NCBI GenBank assembly: GCA_002269645.1
Contig: NIVC01000236.1
Location: forward strand, 372,001 to 436,000
DNA: 64,000 bases
DNA from: Macrostomum lignano
Taxonomy: Eukaryota
Reading direction: 5' to 3'
The notes under the pieces were generated by a model. It saw only the letters and a program-made list of their open reading frames with translations. It did no database searches and was not told the origin of the DNA. The translations under genes and the position numbers were made by a program. Numbering within the stretch: the first letter of the stretch is position 1; each line of letters starts with the position of its first letter. This document shows, one piece after another, positions 35,340-52,220 of this stretch.

Positions 35340-36160
35340 GTTTTGCTGACCCACGAGATTAGACCTACATGATCTGACCCATGAGATTTGACCTACATGA
35401 TATGACTCATGAGATTTTGACTTCGATGATCTAACCATGAGATTTGACCTACATGATCTGACCCATGAGATTAGACCTACATGATCTGACCCATGAGATT
35501 TGACCTACATGATCTGACCCATGAGATTAGACCTACATGATCTGACCCATGAGATTTGACCTACATGATCTGACCCATGAGATTTGACCTGCATGATCTG
35601 ACCCATGAGATTTGACCTACATGATCTGACCCATGAGATTTGACCTACATGATCTGACCCATGAGATTAGACCTACATGATCTGACCCATGAGATTAGAC
35701 CTACATGATCTGACCCATGAGATTTGACCTACATGATCTGACCCATGAGATTAGACCTACATGATCTGACCCATGAGATTAGACCTACATGATCTGACCC
35801 ATGAGATTAGACCTACATGATCTGACCCATGAGATTTGACCTACATGATCTGACCCATGAGATTTGACCTACATGATCTGACCCATGAGATTTGACCTAC
35901 ATGATCTGACCCATGAGATTAGACCTACATGATCTGACCCATGAGATTTGACCTACATGATCTGACCCATGAGATTAGACCTACATGATCTGACCCATGA
36001 GATTAGACCTACATGATCTGACCCATGAGATTTGACCTACATGATCTGACCCATGAGATTAGACCTACATGATCTGACCCATGAGATTTGACCTACATGA
36101 TCTGACCCATGAGATTTGACCTACATGATCTGACCCATGAGATTTGACCTACATGATCTC
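35340..36160. repeat. 28-bp minisatellite
   Basis: Tandem CATGAGATT(T/A)GACCTACATGATCTGACC. Confidence 0.92.
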
Positions 36161-36826
36161 CCTAAATTCACCCTAATTATTTATCCTCAAATTTACAAGC
36201 TACCTAGCGAATGACAGCATGATAATTTAATGTATGCAATTATGGGTAATAAATTTGTACATAACTGCACTAGAGGCAAAATTATTATAGTAGGTTAGCG
36301 ACTCCAGTTAAAAAATATAAGCACCAGTTTTTCATTAAGAATTCAATAATGATTATTAAATTAAATGTGAAAAAGCACGTCGCCCGCACATTGGGTGTGT
36401 GCACAATAGCGCAATGGCAACTGCGCGCTCAATTTGCACTTTCTCTATATTATTTATTGTTATTGACTAATTATATTGAACAGGTGAGGCCAATTACTAT
36501 AAGCGAGAGGGTGACGGGGTTCAAAGGAATTCCGCCGGAGGGAATTAGCGGCATCGCAGGCAGCCCAGCGCACAGCGCAGCCTTCACCCCGGCCAGGCCG
36601 TGCACGCGCCCTCAGTTCAGAGAGCAGACCCGCCACCCCAGGCTGCCAGCCAATAGGAATCGGGCAAGCCCCAGGCGGCGCTGGATTGGCCGAGGCAGAC
36701 CCTCCACTGTATACTATAGAGATTCTTTGCGGCTAAAAAGCGCGGCGCACGGCGAGAGACTCCAGCCGAAAATCCAAGCACAGACAGGAACTCAGCGATC
36801 TGCTTCAACAATAACTCATCGCAGAG

Positions 36827-39800
36827 ATGCACTGCTACGACTCCTCGGATCCCGAAGTCTTTGATACAGAGTCGCCAGTGCTGGTATACGAGCCGCAGTC
36901 GCACGCCACCCCGGTACGGGAGGCTGCGGCCGCTGCCGCTGTTGCTGCCCGGAGGTCGCGAGCTCAGCGACGGCGAAGGCACCGAGGCAACGCCGAAGAC
37001 AACGGCGCCAGGGCCGGCTGCCTGACGGAAATTCTGTGGGACGATGTGCAGCGGGCCAAGGACCTGCTGCGGCTGAGCCGGCGGCGCAAGCAGGAGGTGC
37101 AGCTCGAGACTGCGGACAGCGCGACTGCCTCTGGTGAGCTGGGCTGAGCAATTGCAGAGGAGGGACAAGGTGATGGGGGTGAGCGGGGCAATCAAGCTTA
37201 GTTGGTTTTCCTGATGCTCCTCCTTGACAGCCACTCCCGCCCTGCGGCGTCTCAAGCGCCTCAACGGTCGTTCGGCCTCGTTGGACTCCCGGGCTGGTGG
37301 CGTCGCGTCTCCGACGGCTGCGTCGGGTGCCATTGCCCATTCCACGACCGGCGATGCGATTGTCGAAGCCGAAAGTGGACGTCGGCTCGGCGAACTCCGG
37401 AGAATGCTGCGGGATCTGGTGTTGAACGACAGGCGGACTGACAAGGTGAGTCTTCCTTCTTCCTCTCTTTGATCCCGGCTCTTCACCCAACCTTTCACTT
37501 CCGTCTTCCCTAGTTCTCTTTCCCTGTCTCCCTCCCTCTCTCCCCCTCTCACCCTTCCTCTCTCCCTCCCTCTCTCCCTCTCCCTCCCTCTCTCCCTCTC
37601 CCTCCCTCTCTCCCTCTCCCTCCCTCTCTCTATCTCCCTCTCTCCCTCTCTCTCCCTCTCCCTCCCTCTCTCCCTCTCCCTCCCTCTCTCCCTTCCCTTC
37701 CTCTCTCTCCCTCACTCCCTCTCTCTATCTCCCTCTCTCCCTCTCTCTCTCCCTCTCTCTCCCTCTTTCTCCCTCTCTCTCCCTCTCTCTCCCTCTCTCT
37801 CTCCCCTCCCCTCTCTCTCTCCCCTCCCCTCTCCCTTCCTCTCTCTCTCCCTCTCTCCCTCTCTATCTCCCCTCCCCTCTCCCTTTCTCTCTATCTCCCT
37901 CCCTCTCCCTCACTCCCTGTCTTCGCCCCCCTCCTCTTCCTCTTTTTTCTAGTGGCTCTCCTCTGCACTGCAGTTCTTTATTTTCTCCCTACATCTCAAT
38001 CTCCGCAGTTCTGTCTCATCTCCCTCTTCAACTCGTGCTGTTTTGATTCGAATTGTCTTGTCAATAATCGCAATCATTCCCAGGCTGCTACAACAAATTT
38101 GATTAATTGGATTTTCACGTATTCTCTAAGCAAACTTGAATATCAAGGCTCTTTGCAAGGCGGGGTCGCTCAATATATTTCTCGAACACAGAAGAGCCAT
38201 CTGTCCAGCATCCCTCAAGTGGCGCGGAACTGAGTCGCCCAGCCTCCCTCCGGCATCAAAAGTGTGCAAGCCCGTGGTGCTGTGTAATGCAAACACGGGG
38301 AGGGCTGACCCGCGTATCTGAGCGGCAGCGCAACCCTCCATCACTCTCGCCCCAAGCCCTCAGTTGTCAATAATTTTTTTCCCGAGAAAGTTGACGCGCC
38401 ACCCACTGCCCCGGCCAGGCTGGGTCTCGAATTTCTCGAAAATATGGTTCCATTTTTCGCCCCAACCCCCCATCTTGTCCACGTTCCGCCTACAATCCTC
38501 AGAGCACTGTGGCGGAAGGGGAAGCCATATGTTGCACCAATGAAAGCAAAACCTGGGCTTCCTGTCTCAATAAGTTTTCAATGAAAAAAATGCTAAATTC
38601 ATCACCGTCTCGGCTTTTATAGCATATGGCGACAGGAATTCCCCGAGGCTCCCTGCATCATACAGCCTCCAACTGAGCTCAAGTATCTTCGGCTTGTCTT
38701 CCCTCTCCCCCCACCCACTGACACCCTCTTTCACTCCCACTCACCCTCTTTCACTCCCACTCACCCTCTTTCACTCCCACTCACCCTCTTTCACTCCCAC
38801 CCACCCTCTTTCACCCCCACTCACCCTCCTTCACTCCAACTCACCCTCTTTCACTCCAACTCACCCTCTTTCACTCCCACTCACCCTCTTTCACTCCCAC
38901 TCACCCTCCTTCACTCCAACTCACCCTCTTTCACTCCAACTCACCCTCTTTCACTCCAACTCACCCTCTTTCACTCCCACTCACCCTCTTTCACTCCCAC
39001 TCACCCTCCTTCACTCCAACTCACCCTCTTTCACTCCCACTCAACCTCTTTCACTCCCACTCACCCTCTTTCACTCCCACCCACCCTCTTTCACTCCCAC
39101 TCACCCTCCTTCACTCCAACTCACCCTCTTTCACTCCCACTCAACCTCTTTCACTCCCACTCACCCTCTTTCACTCCCACCCACCCTCTTTCACTCCCAC
39201 TCACCCTCTTTCACTCCCACCCACCCTCTTTCACTCCCACTCACCCTCTTTCACTCCCACCCACCCTCTTTCACTCCCACTCACCCTCTTTCACTCCCAC
39301 TCACCCTCTTTCACTCCCACCCACCCTCTTTCACCCCCACTCACCCTCCTTCACTCCAACTCACCCTCTTTCACTCCAACTCACCCTCTTTCACTCCCAC
39401 TCACCCTCTTTCACTCCCACTCACCCTCCTTCACTCCAACTCACCCTCTTTCACTCCAACTCACCCTCTTTCACTCCAACTCACCCTCTTTCACTCCCAC
39501 TCACCCTCTTTCACTCCCACTCACCCTCCTTCACTCCAACTCACCCTCTTTCACTCCCACTCACCCTCTTTCACTCCCACCCACCCTCTTTCACTCCCAC
39601 TCACCCTCCTTCACTCCAACTCACCCTCTTTCACTCCCACTCACCCTCTTTCACTCCCACTCACCTTCTTTCACTTCCACCTACGCCCTCCCCCTCCTGA
39701 CCATCACTTATTCTCCGAAGTCTGATAACTCACTCTGGAATTATTTCAAAAGACGTCACGCTCGCGCAACCTTGTTAAGACAGCCTTGCCAAATTATACA

Positions 39801-42693
39801 TTACTAGTGCTACTGATGAAATTAGGCCTGTTGCATGATCAGGGCAGTAATAAAAGGTGAGATCATAGATTTATAAGGGCTGTGGTCCGGTTTCATAATA
39901 ATGCAACATAACATGCATTATAAATTTTGATTTCGCGACGAGTTTTCCAATTTTAATATATACTCGTATAATATTGGCCCAAAACCGAGCAATTACGCAA
40001 TGGGATCAGTTGAGCAGATGCATGTATGCGGGCGCACTGCCTGAGAACTCGGATTCCACTCACATGCTGAGTTGTGCAACTAACACGCGGTTTCATTTGC
40101 ACCTTTAAATTGCTAGACAATCCGCTCAGCGGGGGTGGAGGAAGCGGGCTGTCTATGGTCTATGGCCTATGGTCTATGGTCTATGGCCTATGGTCTATGG
40201 CCTATGGCCTATGCTCTATGGCCTATGGTCTATGGTCTAATGGCCTATGGTCTATGGTCTAATGGCCTATGGTCTAATGGCCTATGGTCTATGGTCTAAT
40301 GGCCTATGGTCTATGGTCTAATGGCCTAAGGTCTATGGTCTAATGGCCTATGGTCTATGGTCTAATGGCCTATGGTCTATGGTCTAATGGCCTATGGTCT
40401 ATGGTCTAATGGCCTATGGTCTATGGTCTAATGGCCTAAGGTCTATGGTCTAATGGCCTATAGTCTAATGGCCTATCGTCTATGGTTTGTGAAGCCATCT
40501 CACCCCCCATTCGTTAATCTCCGATCCACAGAGTCTGCAGTCGCCGGCCTGCAACGCTTCCTCGGTTGGTGATGGCATCGAAGAGTCCTTTGAGCAGGTG
40601 GCGGCGCCGCGACTCCGCCAGGCTACCTAGTTCCCGCTGCCGGTGCGCCAGTCACCGGACTGCTGCGACGAAGCTGGCGACTGGGGCTTCGAGTCTGCTG
40701 AGGTTAGTTAAATTATTTCTGTTCTGCTTGGTGGAACCAATGTGTTGCTTTTCGTTCTGGCATCTTGTGGCATCTTGTGGCATCTTGGGGCATCTTGTGG
40801 CATCTTGGGGCATCTTGTGGCATCTTGTGGCATCTTGTGGCATCTTGTGGCATCTTGGGGCATCTTGGGGCATCTTGTGGCATCCTGGGGCATCTTGTGG
40901 CATCTTGGGGCATCTTGGGGCATCTATGCTTGCATGCTGTGACAGCTAAATGTTCGAAAGTGCAAAAAATGTGTAAAGATTGGTGCAGAAACAGCATAAG
41001 GTGTTTTTATTTCCATGAATCTCGTGTGTCAGATTCAAAAAATAACTCAGCTTCATAACATTGCCAATTTTATCGAAACAGATTAGCTGCTCATAAATTA
41101 TCGAGAATTTTTATGTGTCACTCCCTTGTCTCCGCTGTTGCCTGGCCTAACAGAAGCTGTGATTGGATTTCCAGAATCCCGCTCAGCGTCTCCTTGATCC
41201 GTGTGATCGAGTGTCCCGATAACGCATCTGGGGGTTTGGGTTGTCTGCTTTTTTCCCTCTAGATTTCCTTATCCGCTGGCAGATCGCAGATCCCCTCTTC
41301 CCCTATTATGTTTGATCCCCCGCCCAGCCCATGCCGAGATTGTCATCTGTTTTGATCAGCGAAAAGGGCAGGCAAAAAAACACAGCGAGAGGAGCGGCGA
41401 GCATGCGGGGCGAGTCTTCAGAGAATCGTCCTAAATATACGCAATCTTTTTTAGCGTGCTCAAGATGTCTCAACCTGCCGAGTTTATTTTTGCTAATTCC
41501 ACCCGAGATCCCTTATCTCGGGCCAGTCAGTCATGCCGGGTTCCCGCATACCAACTTCTTTCCAGCTCCGCCAACTGGAAGACGAGGCGGCTGTACAGGC
41601 GGCCCTGGTGGCGGCCAACCGGCGGCTTCTCAGCGAGTGCCCCGCCGGCCGCCTGGCCGCCCGGATGAAGCGGCGCCGGACGCTGGAATTCGCCAAATCC
41701 CAGGAAAAGGTGAAGCCTCTTTTCGTTTTTTTATGAAACAGTTTTTCTATACTGTGAGTAGTATGATTTGAATAAAGTCTGTTTTATTACTTGTATCCGT
41801 TTTTTCTAACAGCTTAGACTGCTGAATATGCGACTCGCGGAGATTCGAACTCTGAACCTCCAGCCGATGGCGTCGCTGCCGCCACTCGAAACCCTGCCGG
41901 ACCTGGTGGCCGACACCAGCTGCGGCCTGTCACTCTGCTCCCTCAACAGTTTGGCTGTCAAGGAGCCGCCCCGAGACGCCGAAGCCGCTGCCGACTCTGC
42001 CAAGTCTCCCAGGTGAGCATCTGCCCCTGACGCTGACCGTAACTCATTCTCTGTCAGGTTAGAATCCCCACAGCTTCACAATAATCCCCATAGCTTCACA
42101 ATAATCCCCATAGCTTCACAATAATCCCCATAGCTTCACAATATTCCCCACAGCTTCACAATAATCCCCAAAGCTTCACAACAATCCCCGAAGCTTCACA
42201 ACAATCCCCATAGCTTCACAACAATCCCCATAGCTTCACAACAATCCCCATAGCTTCATAATAATCCCCATAGCTTCACAACAATCCCCATAGCTTTAAA
42301 AAATCCCCATAGCTTCACAATAATCCCCATAGCCTTACAAATATCCCCATAGCTTCACAAATATCTCCATAGCTTCACAACAATCCCCAAAGCTTCACGA
42401 TAATCCCCATAGCTTCACGATAATCCCCAAAGCTTCACAATAATCTCCAAAGCTTCAAAAAATCCCCATAGCTTCACAAAATCTTCATAGCTTCACAACA
42501 ATCCCCATGCCCACGATGCCACTTCACCCGCTGCAGGCAGCTGCGCAAATTCTCCTCCCTGACGTCATCGTCTTCTGCGGCGTCAGCGGAGCCCCTGCCG
42601 CCCACCAACGCCGCCCCCGGCGGGATCAGCCACGCCGGCAGCCTGGACTCTGGTTTCCTGGAAATCGCAGCCCTCCCGGACCTCCGTCACTGA
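36827..42693 (+). CDS. CUPID/DUF3338-like coiled-coil protein (FRMD4/CCDC120/INAVA-related), interrupted by an in-frame TAG at 40628-40630
   Basis: Phase-consistent exons 36827-37133, 37231-37445, 40541-40702, 41566-41709, 41813-42012 and 42537-42693. LRQLEDEAAVQAALVAANRRLLSE...KRRRTLEFAKSQEKLRLLNMRLAEIR resembles the CUPID segment LERLEREFAIQSQITEAARRLA...KQRK...KKLQEIE of FRMD4. The family call is from memory, and the 5' end is uncertain. Confidence 0.55.
37500..37950. repeat. CT-rich tract in CUPID-like intron 2
   Basis: (CTCTCC)n-type repeats. Confidence 0.85.
38715..39675. repeat. 20-bp minisatellite in CUPID-like intron 2
   Basis: Tandem TCACTCC(C/A)ACTCACCCTCTT. Confidence 0.92.
40150..40485. 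repeat. 7/8-bp compound satellite
   Basis: TATGGTC / TAATGGCC / TATGGCC units. Confidence 0.88.
40758..40925. repeat. 10-bp minisatellite
   Basis: Tandem GCATCTTG(T/G)G. Confidence 0.88.
42062..42506. repeat. 20-bp minisatellite in CUPID-like last intron
   Basis: Tandem CACAATAATCCCCATAGCTT. Confidence 0.88.
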
Positions 42694-43229
42694 GGGCCCG
42701 CCGGACTCGAAATTCGCTGCTGCAAAGTTTTTCATACCGACAATAAGAACTTGTTTTTTGTCTGCTTTGTGCTTCAATGCCTACTTGAATTTGAGAGTAG
42801 TATGTTATCGCCTGCTTTACTGTATTTCACTTTGTTAACGTCCGATGTATCTGCAACATTAGCTGCTATATATTCATATGTTCTTTACACAATTGCTGCA
42901 CATTGTACATAATCAACATGCACTGCTGAGCTCTGCTATTTCTGATTTCGCCCTTTGCACCCGCCCCAAGAATGCGTTCTGACTCTGAATAAATACCTGC
43001 CCTTGGATTCTAAGCACAATGGGAGCTCTGCTTCTTTGGGAGCTGGCTGACAGCTCATTTTGTTAGTGCTAAGATTGCTAAAATCCATTTGTCTTGAAGA
43101 TATTAGTCTACTTATTCACATACCTTTGAGCATGAAAACAGACCGTTTAGATTTTTAAATGCACCCACACTCGCAGAACTTCTCTTCTGTTCTGTAAGTT
43201 CTGTTCACAACTCATAGACTCCGAGGCTG

Positions 43230-43495
43230 GGACATGGACTCAGAGACACTCGAAGATGCTGGGACATGGACTCAGAGACACTCGAAGATGCAGGGACATG
43301 CACTCAGAGACACTCGCAGATGCAGGGACATGCACTCAGAGACACTCGCAGATGCAGGGACATGCACTCAGAGACACTCGAAGATGCAGGGACATGCACT
43401 CAGAGACACTCGCAGATGCAGGGACATGCACTCAGAGACACTCGCAGATGCAGGGACATGCACTCAGAGACACTCGCAGATGCAGGGACACTCAG
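43230..43495. repeat. 32-bp intergenic minisatellite
   Basis: Tandem GGGACATGCACTCAGAGACACTCGCAGATGCA. Confidence 0.88.
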
Positions 43496-43845
43496 AGGAC
43501 ACTCAGGCAGGCCAGATGGGCTAAAAATAGATTTCATTTACGCCTAATTACGCCTGGAAGTGGGCGGCTGGAAGGGAGAGCCGCGGCCAATGACTCAGCT
43601 GTGACTCATTCAGCGAATGCTCGGCAGGAATCTTCGGCATGGAGAAAGGGGGTGTGGGTGAAAGAGTAAAAATGCCGGGCAATGGAGGGTGTGAGTTACT
43701 ATGTACATTCTAGTGCACATTCTTGCGAGTACATTCTTTGACGTATTTTCGTGCTCTCTTGAAACGAATGCCCGACAAGCCGTTTATTTACAACGCGCAA
43801 GTTCGAAGGTCCAGCAATTTGAATTTTCAAACTGTGCAGTGTGGC

Positions 43846-46873
<3,028 letters not shown>

Positions 46874-47434
46874 AACCCTGGCCGTGCTGCCCGCTTTCCC
46901 CTCTCCTCTCCCTGCCGTTCGATCTCAAATTTGCTATCCAGTCAGCATTGTTAGGAGCTTTTTCGCGCGGTCTCTGTCCCTCGGTCTCTGTCACTCAGTC
47001 TCTGTCACTCGGTATTTGTCACTCGGTCTCTGTCACTCAGTTCCCGTCAAACCAGTCAGTCACTCAGAAAGCTTGTCACTACCTGTATTTATTCACTGTA
47101 CATCGCTATTTTTCGCAGCAAGTAATAAACTCAGCAAAGAATTGAAGTCCGAATCGCTGCAGAGTTTCTGATTCAATCTAAAAAATAATCTGCCTCAAGA
47201 AATAAGTGTACGGGGAGGAAAAAACCAAGCAATATTAGTCTACTATGCGCTCAATTTCCTACTGCAAGTAGAAATAGTAGATTTGTGCGTTTGAAATTTT
47301 CTCAGAACGAGAGAAAGAATGCGAATGCAAATCAATTGCGCTCAACAGTTGGAGTGTAGAAAAACTGAAATGAATCGGTATTTAGAAATAATTCCTCTAT
47401 TAGTTTTGCCACCGAACTCAGAAAACTCCAGGCC

Positions 47435-49842
47435 TCATGCTTCAGACGGTGTCTGCTTCTGTTTATCCTCTGCCTGCTGCCGCTGCTGCAGCTGCTGCTG
47501 GCCGCACAGATCCTCCTGCCGGTTGTGCAGCCGGCTGGTGAAGAGCACAATGGGCGTGTAGGCCAGGCACACCACGCACAGGATGACAAACAGGTAGGCA
47601 AATCCCAGGTGCAAGAAGATCGGCCCGGCTGCGAAGGCTCCGAAGGCCGTGGCGATGCTGAAGGAGGCGTGCGCGATGCAGGACACGGAGCCGTACACCG
47701 GCGTGTGCCGCCGGTCCACCAGGTGGCTGAGCAGCGGCAGCAGCGTGACGTCCAGCACGGCGATGCTGGCGAACACCAGGCCGATGGGCAGGGTGCACCA
47801 GGCCTTGCCTGGCATGAAAGGCAGCAGCGCGCACGCCAGGCCGCCCAGCACCAGGCCGCCGGCCGCCACCCAGCCGCGCCAAGCGGGCGCCCGGTTGCAC
47901 AGCCACACGCTGGCCACGGTGGCCGCGAAGTGAAACGGCAGCGTCGGCAACCAGACGAGGCCCTTCTGCGTGTCCGTGGCCTCGTAGCGGTGGTGCATCC
48001 AGATGCCCAGCGTGGCGGCGAGGCAGTTGTGGGACAGGTTGGCCACGATCAGGCCGCCCGCGCACGCCGCGATGTGCGGGTCCGTCAGCAGCCGCCACAG
48101 CGGCGTCGGCTTCGGCCGCTTCGCTGCGACTTCCTCATCGTTGTCGTTGTCTGGCACTACGAGATGATCGGCGTCGATGGCAGCGGGCGACGACGTCGGG
48201 GAGGAAACCGCAACCGCGTCGCCTGCGTCCTGCTGCTGCGGTTGCTGCTGCTGCGATGGCGGCGGGTGCTGCGGTGACTGCGGGGCCGCGGGGCCTGAGC
48301 GGAGAGGAATATGGCTGCTGTAGATCTAGAGACCCGAGTGCTGTAAATCTAGAGACCCGAGTGCTGTAGATCTAGAGACCCGAGTGCTGTAAATCTAGAG
48401 ACCCGAGTGCTGTAAATCTAGAGACCCGAGTGCTGTAGATCTAGAGACCGAGTACTGTAGATCTAGAGACCCGAGTGCTGTAGATCTAGAGACCCGAGTG
48501 CTTTAGATCTAGAGACCCGAGTGCTGTAGATCTAGAGACCCGAGTACTGTAGATCTAGAGACCCGAGTACTGTAGATCTAGAGACCCGAGTGCTGTAGAT
48601 CTAGAGACCCGAGTGCTGTAGATCTAGAGACCCGAGTGCTGTAGATCTAGAGACCCGAGTACTGTAGATCTAGAGACCCGAGTGCTGTAAATCTAGAGAC
48701 CGAGTACTGTAGATCTAGAGACCCGAGTACTGTAGATCTAGAGACCCGAGTGCTGTAAATCTAGAGACCGAGTACTGTAGATCTAGAGACCCGAGTGCTG
48801 TAGATCTAGAGACCCGAGTACTGTAGATCTAGAGACCCGAGTGCTGTAAATCTAGAGACCGAGTACTGTAGATCTAGAGACCCGAGTGCTGTAGATCTAG
48901 AGACCCGAGTACTGTAGATCTAGAGACCCGAGTGCTGTAAATCTAGAGACCGAGTACTGTAGATCTAGAGACCCGAGTGCTGTAAATCTAGAGACCGAGT
49001 ACTGTAGATCTAGAGAGCCGAGTGCTGTAGATCTAGAGACCCGAGTGCTGTAGATCTAGAGACCCGAGTACTGTAGATCTAGAGACTCAAGTGCTGTCTC
49101 TAGATAGGAGTTCCTTTTAAGAAGCCCCCAGAAGCCCCCAGAAGCCCCTCGACCGCGGCTCACCCTCGGGGCGGCCGCCCCGCTGCCGCACCAGGCCCTG
49201 CCGGAGCAGCGGCACCAGCAGGCAGGCGGTGGCGGCGAACATGGGCAGGTAGGCCAGGAACACGACCCCCCGGCCCGTCCGCTCGTAGATGAAGCCCCCG
49301 TAGGCCGGGCCCAGCGCGTTGGCGGAGAACAGCACGAAGTTGGCGATGCCGATGGCCCGGTTGCGCATCCGCAGCGAGGTGAAGCAGGTCGCCACCTGGG
49401 CGAGGCCGCTGGTGCCGATGGCGGCGGACCCGGCGCCGTTGACGGCCCGGGCCAGCAGGAAGACCCAGTAGGAGTCGCCCAGGCCGTACAGCAGGATGGA
49501 GGTGCAGTCGGCGGCGATGCCCACCAGGAGGATGGCGGCGGGGAACAGCAGGTCGATGAGCTTGCCGATCAGCGGGTTCATGGCGATCTGCACCAGGCCC
49601 TTCAGCCCCACCAGGAAGGCCGACTGGATTTTCACGTCAGACTCGGCGCAGGCCTCGGAGCTGGAGTTGAAGGCGCCCAGGAGGCCGTCGGCCGTGTCGA
49701 CGTGGTCGACGGCGGCGCGGCACAGCTGGTCGTGGACGATGGGGATGATGACGGTGGTGAGCATCTGGTCGCTGAAGAAGACGGCGCTGACCAGGACAAC
49801 GGCCAGGACCCGATGCCAGCGGCCCGGCTGGCGGCCCGGCAT
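47435..49842 (-). CDS. SLC18-family (VMAT/VAChT-like) MFS transporter, divergent, ~512 aa
   Basis: Exons 49164-49842 and 47435-48294 (phase 1). Motifs SDQMLTTVIIPI, LKGLVQIAMNPLIG, LLARAVNGAGS, GPAYGG, LLTDPHI, LVDRRHTPVYGSV align with VMAT LDNMLLTVVVPI, SKATVQLITNPFIG, LLIARSLQGIGS, LLKDPYI, LVDLRHVSVYGSV. Confidence 0.88.
48318..49095. repeat. 23-bp minisatellite filling the SLC18-like intron
   Basis: Tandem GTAGATCTAGAGACCCGAGT(G/A)CT. Confidence 0.92.
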
Positions 49843-50599
49843 CTCCTGCGGTCAGGCGGCTGTCAAGGACTGCCAAGCCGATAGCGAGCCTCGGATTCTC
49901 TCTGGATTGGAGAGCCGCTGTCTTGTTTTTTGTAGTTGGGTCTGGCTACAAATGACGCCCGCCTTTCGGCCCTTTTCTACCGCTGGTGAGGGCTGCGCGG
50001 ACAGTCTGAACGGGACTGAGGCGCGCTCAGCTCACAGGCCTGTACACTCCGGCCCTGCCTGTCAAAAATACCTTCTCTCTCTCCTGCCAGCCTGCCTGTC
50101 GGCTCCGGTCTGACCCCGCATTCACCTGGCTGACTGTCCCTGCAGCCACCCCCGGGGGCAGGGAAAACCTGAAGCCTTCAGTACTTCTCCGTTGGGCCTC
50201 TCGGTTTAACCAGCGTGCACTTTAAAAAGAGCGAGAATATGAAATTTTCTATACGAGGACAGAAGCAGGAGTGCACGGCGAACGGTAGCCCTGTTGGTGT
50301 CCCGTTCCCGTCTCGGTGAAAGTTCAACTGTCTCATGAGAGTAGCATGACAGCCGCTGCAGTTGATGGAGGAACCTGCGAGATGCTGGCGAAAATTTTTA
50401 CCTCAAGGATCAGATAAAGAATCCAACTCATGGCCGCAGGCCAGGTGAGAGGAAAGGAGAGAGGAGATAAGAGAAGTGAGGCGAGAGAGGAAAGGCGAGA
50501 GAGGAGATAAGAGGGGAGGGAGGAGAAAAGAGAGGAGAGAGCTGAGAAGAGACAAACCTTGAACGGGCCGGATTGCTATTGCCGAGGGTCGGATAGAGA

Positions 50600-51560
50600 C
50601 TAATACATATGACACATTAGGACACATAGGACACATAGGACACATTAGGACACAAAGAAACATCAGGACACACTATGACACATCAGGACACACTATGACA
50701 CATCAGGACACACTATGACACATCAGGACACACTATGACACATCAGGACACACTATGACACACCAGGACACACTATGACACATCAGGACACACTATGACA
50801 CATCAGGACACACTATGACACATCAGGACACACTATGACACATCAGGACACACTATGACACATCAGGACACACTATGACACATCACGACACACTGAGACA
50901 CACCAGGACACACTACGACACATCAGGACACAATAAGACACGTCAGGACCCACTAAGACACTTAGGACACACTATGACACATCAGGACACACTACGACAC
51001 ATCAGGACACACTATGACACATCAGGACACACTATGACACATCAGGACACACTATGACACATCAGGACACACTATGACACATCAGGACACACTATGACAC
51101 ATCAGGACACAATAAGACACGTCAGGACCCACTAAGACACTTAGGACACACTATGACACATCAGGACACACTGAGACACATCAGGACACACTACGACACA
51201 TCAGGACACAATAAGACACGTCAGGACCCACTAAGACACTTAGGACACACTATGACACATCAGGACACACTACGACACATCAGGACACACTACGACACAT
51301 CAGGACACAATAAGACACGTCAGGACCCACTAAGACACTTAGGACACACTATGACACATCAGGACACACTATGACACATCAGGACACAATAAGACACGTC
51401 AGGACCCACTAAGACACTTAGGACACACTATGACACATCAGGACACAATAAGACACGTCAGGACCCACTAAGACACTCAGGACACACTACGACACATCAG
51501 GACAAAATAAGACACGTCAGGACCCACTAAGACACTTAGGACACACTATAGACACATCAA
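50600..51560. repeat. 20-bp satellite with higher-order variant blocks
   Basis: GACACACTATGACACATCAG plus a recurring variant block GACACAATAAGACACGTCAGGACCCACTAAGACACTTAG. Confidence 0.9.
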
Positions 51561-51894
51561 GATGCCAGTCAGCGCCCAATGCTCTGGCCCTGCATGCCTG
51601 CATATGTACAGTATTTCAAAACATTTCATCGGAGATCAGAATATGGCAAGCACAGACGCTACACACAAAAACTTTGCAACACACCACAGCACATTTTATA
51701 CCACTGAACCAAACACGAAGCCCATTGGGTCGACAAATTCAGCGCAAATAAAGGCATAATTAAAAGCACTCGGAACTTGAAGTCATCCGAAGCACTCGAT
51801 TAATCAAAAGAATCAGAAGCAGCTTATCAATAATCCTCAAGCAGTTTAGTAACACCACTTGGATAATGAATATAAATATAAATTTAAGTATAAA

Positions 51895-52220
51895 TAGCAG
51901 TCTCATGCACCTTAGCAACAGTCTCATGCACCTTAGCAACAGTCTCATGCACCTTAGCAACAGTCTCATACACCTTAGCAACAGTCTCATACACCTTAGC
52001 AACAGTCTCATGCACCTTAGCAACAGTCTCATGCACCTTAGCAACAGTCTCATGCAGCTTAGCAACAGTCTCATACACCTTAGCAACAGTCTCATGCACC
52101 TTAGCAACAGTCTCATACACCTTAGCAACAGTCTCATACACCTTAGCAACAGTCTCATGCAGCCTAGCAACAGTCTCATACACCTTAGCAACAGTCTCAT
52201 GCACCTTAGCAACAGTCTCG
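51895..52220. repeat. 21-bp minisatellite
   Basis: Tandem TTAGCAACAGTCTCAT(G/A)CACC. Confidence 0.9.

Noticed and set aside
35340-36160. CRISPR-like regularly spaced 28-bp repeats (also the 23-44 bp arrays elsewhere)
   Set aside because: Units are head-to-tail with no unique spacers, no cas genes are present, and the context is eukaryotic.
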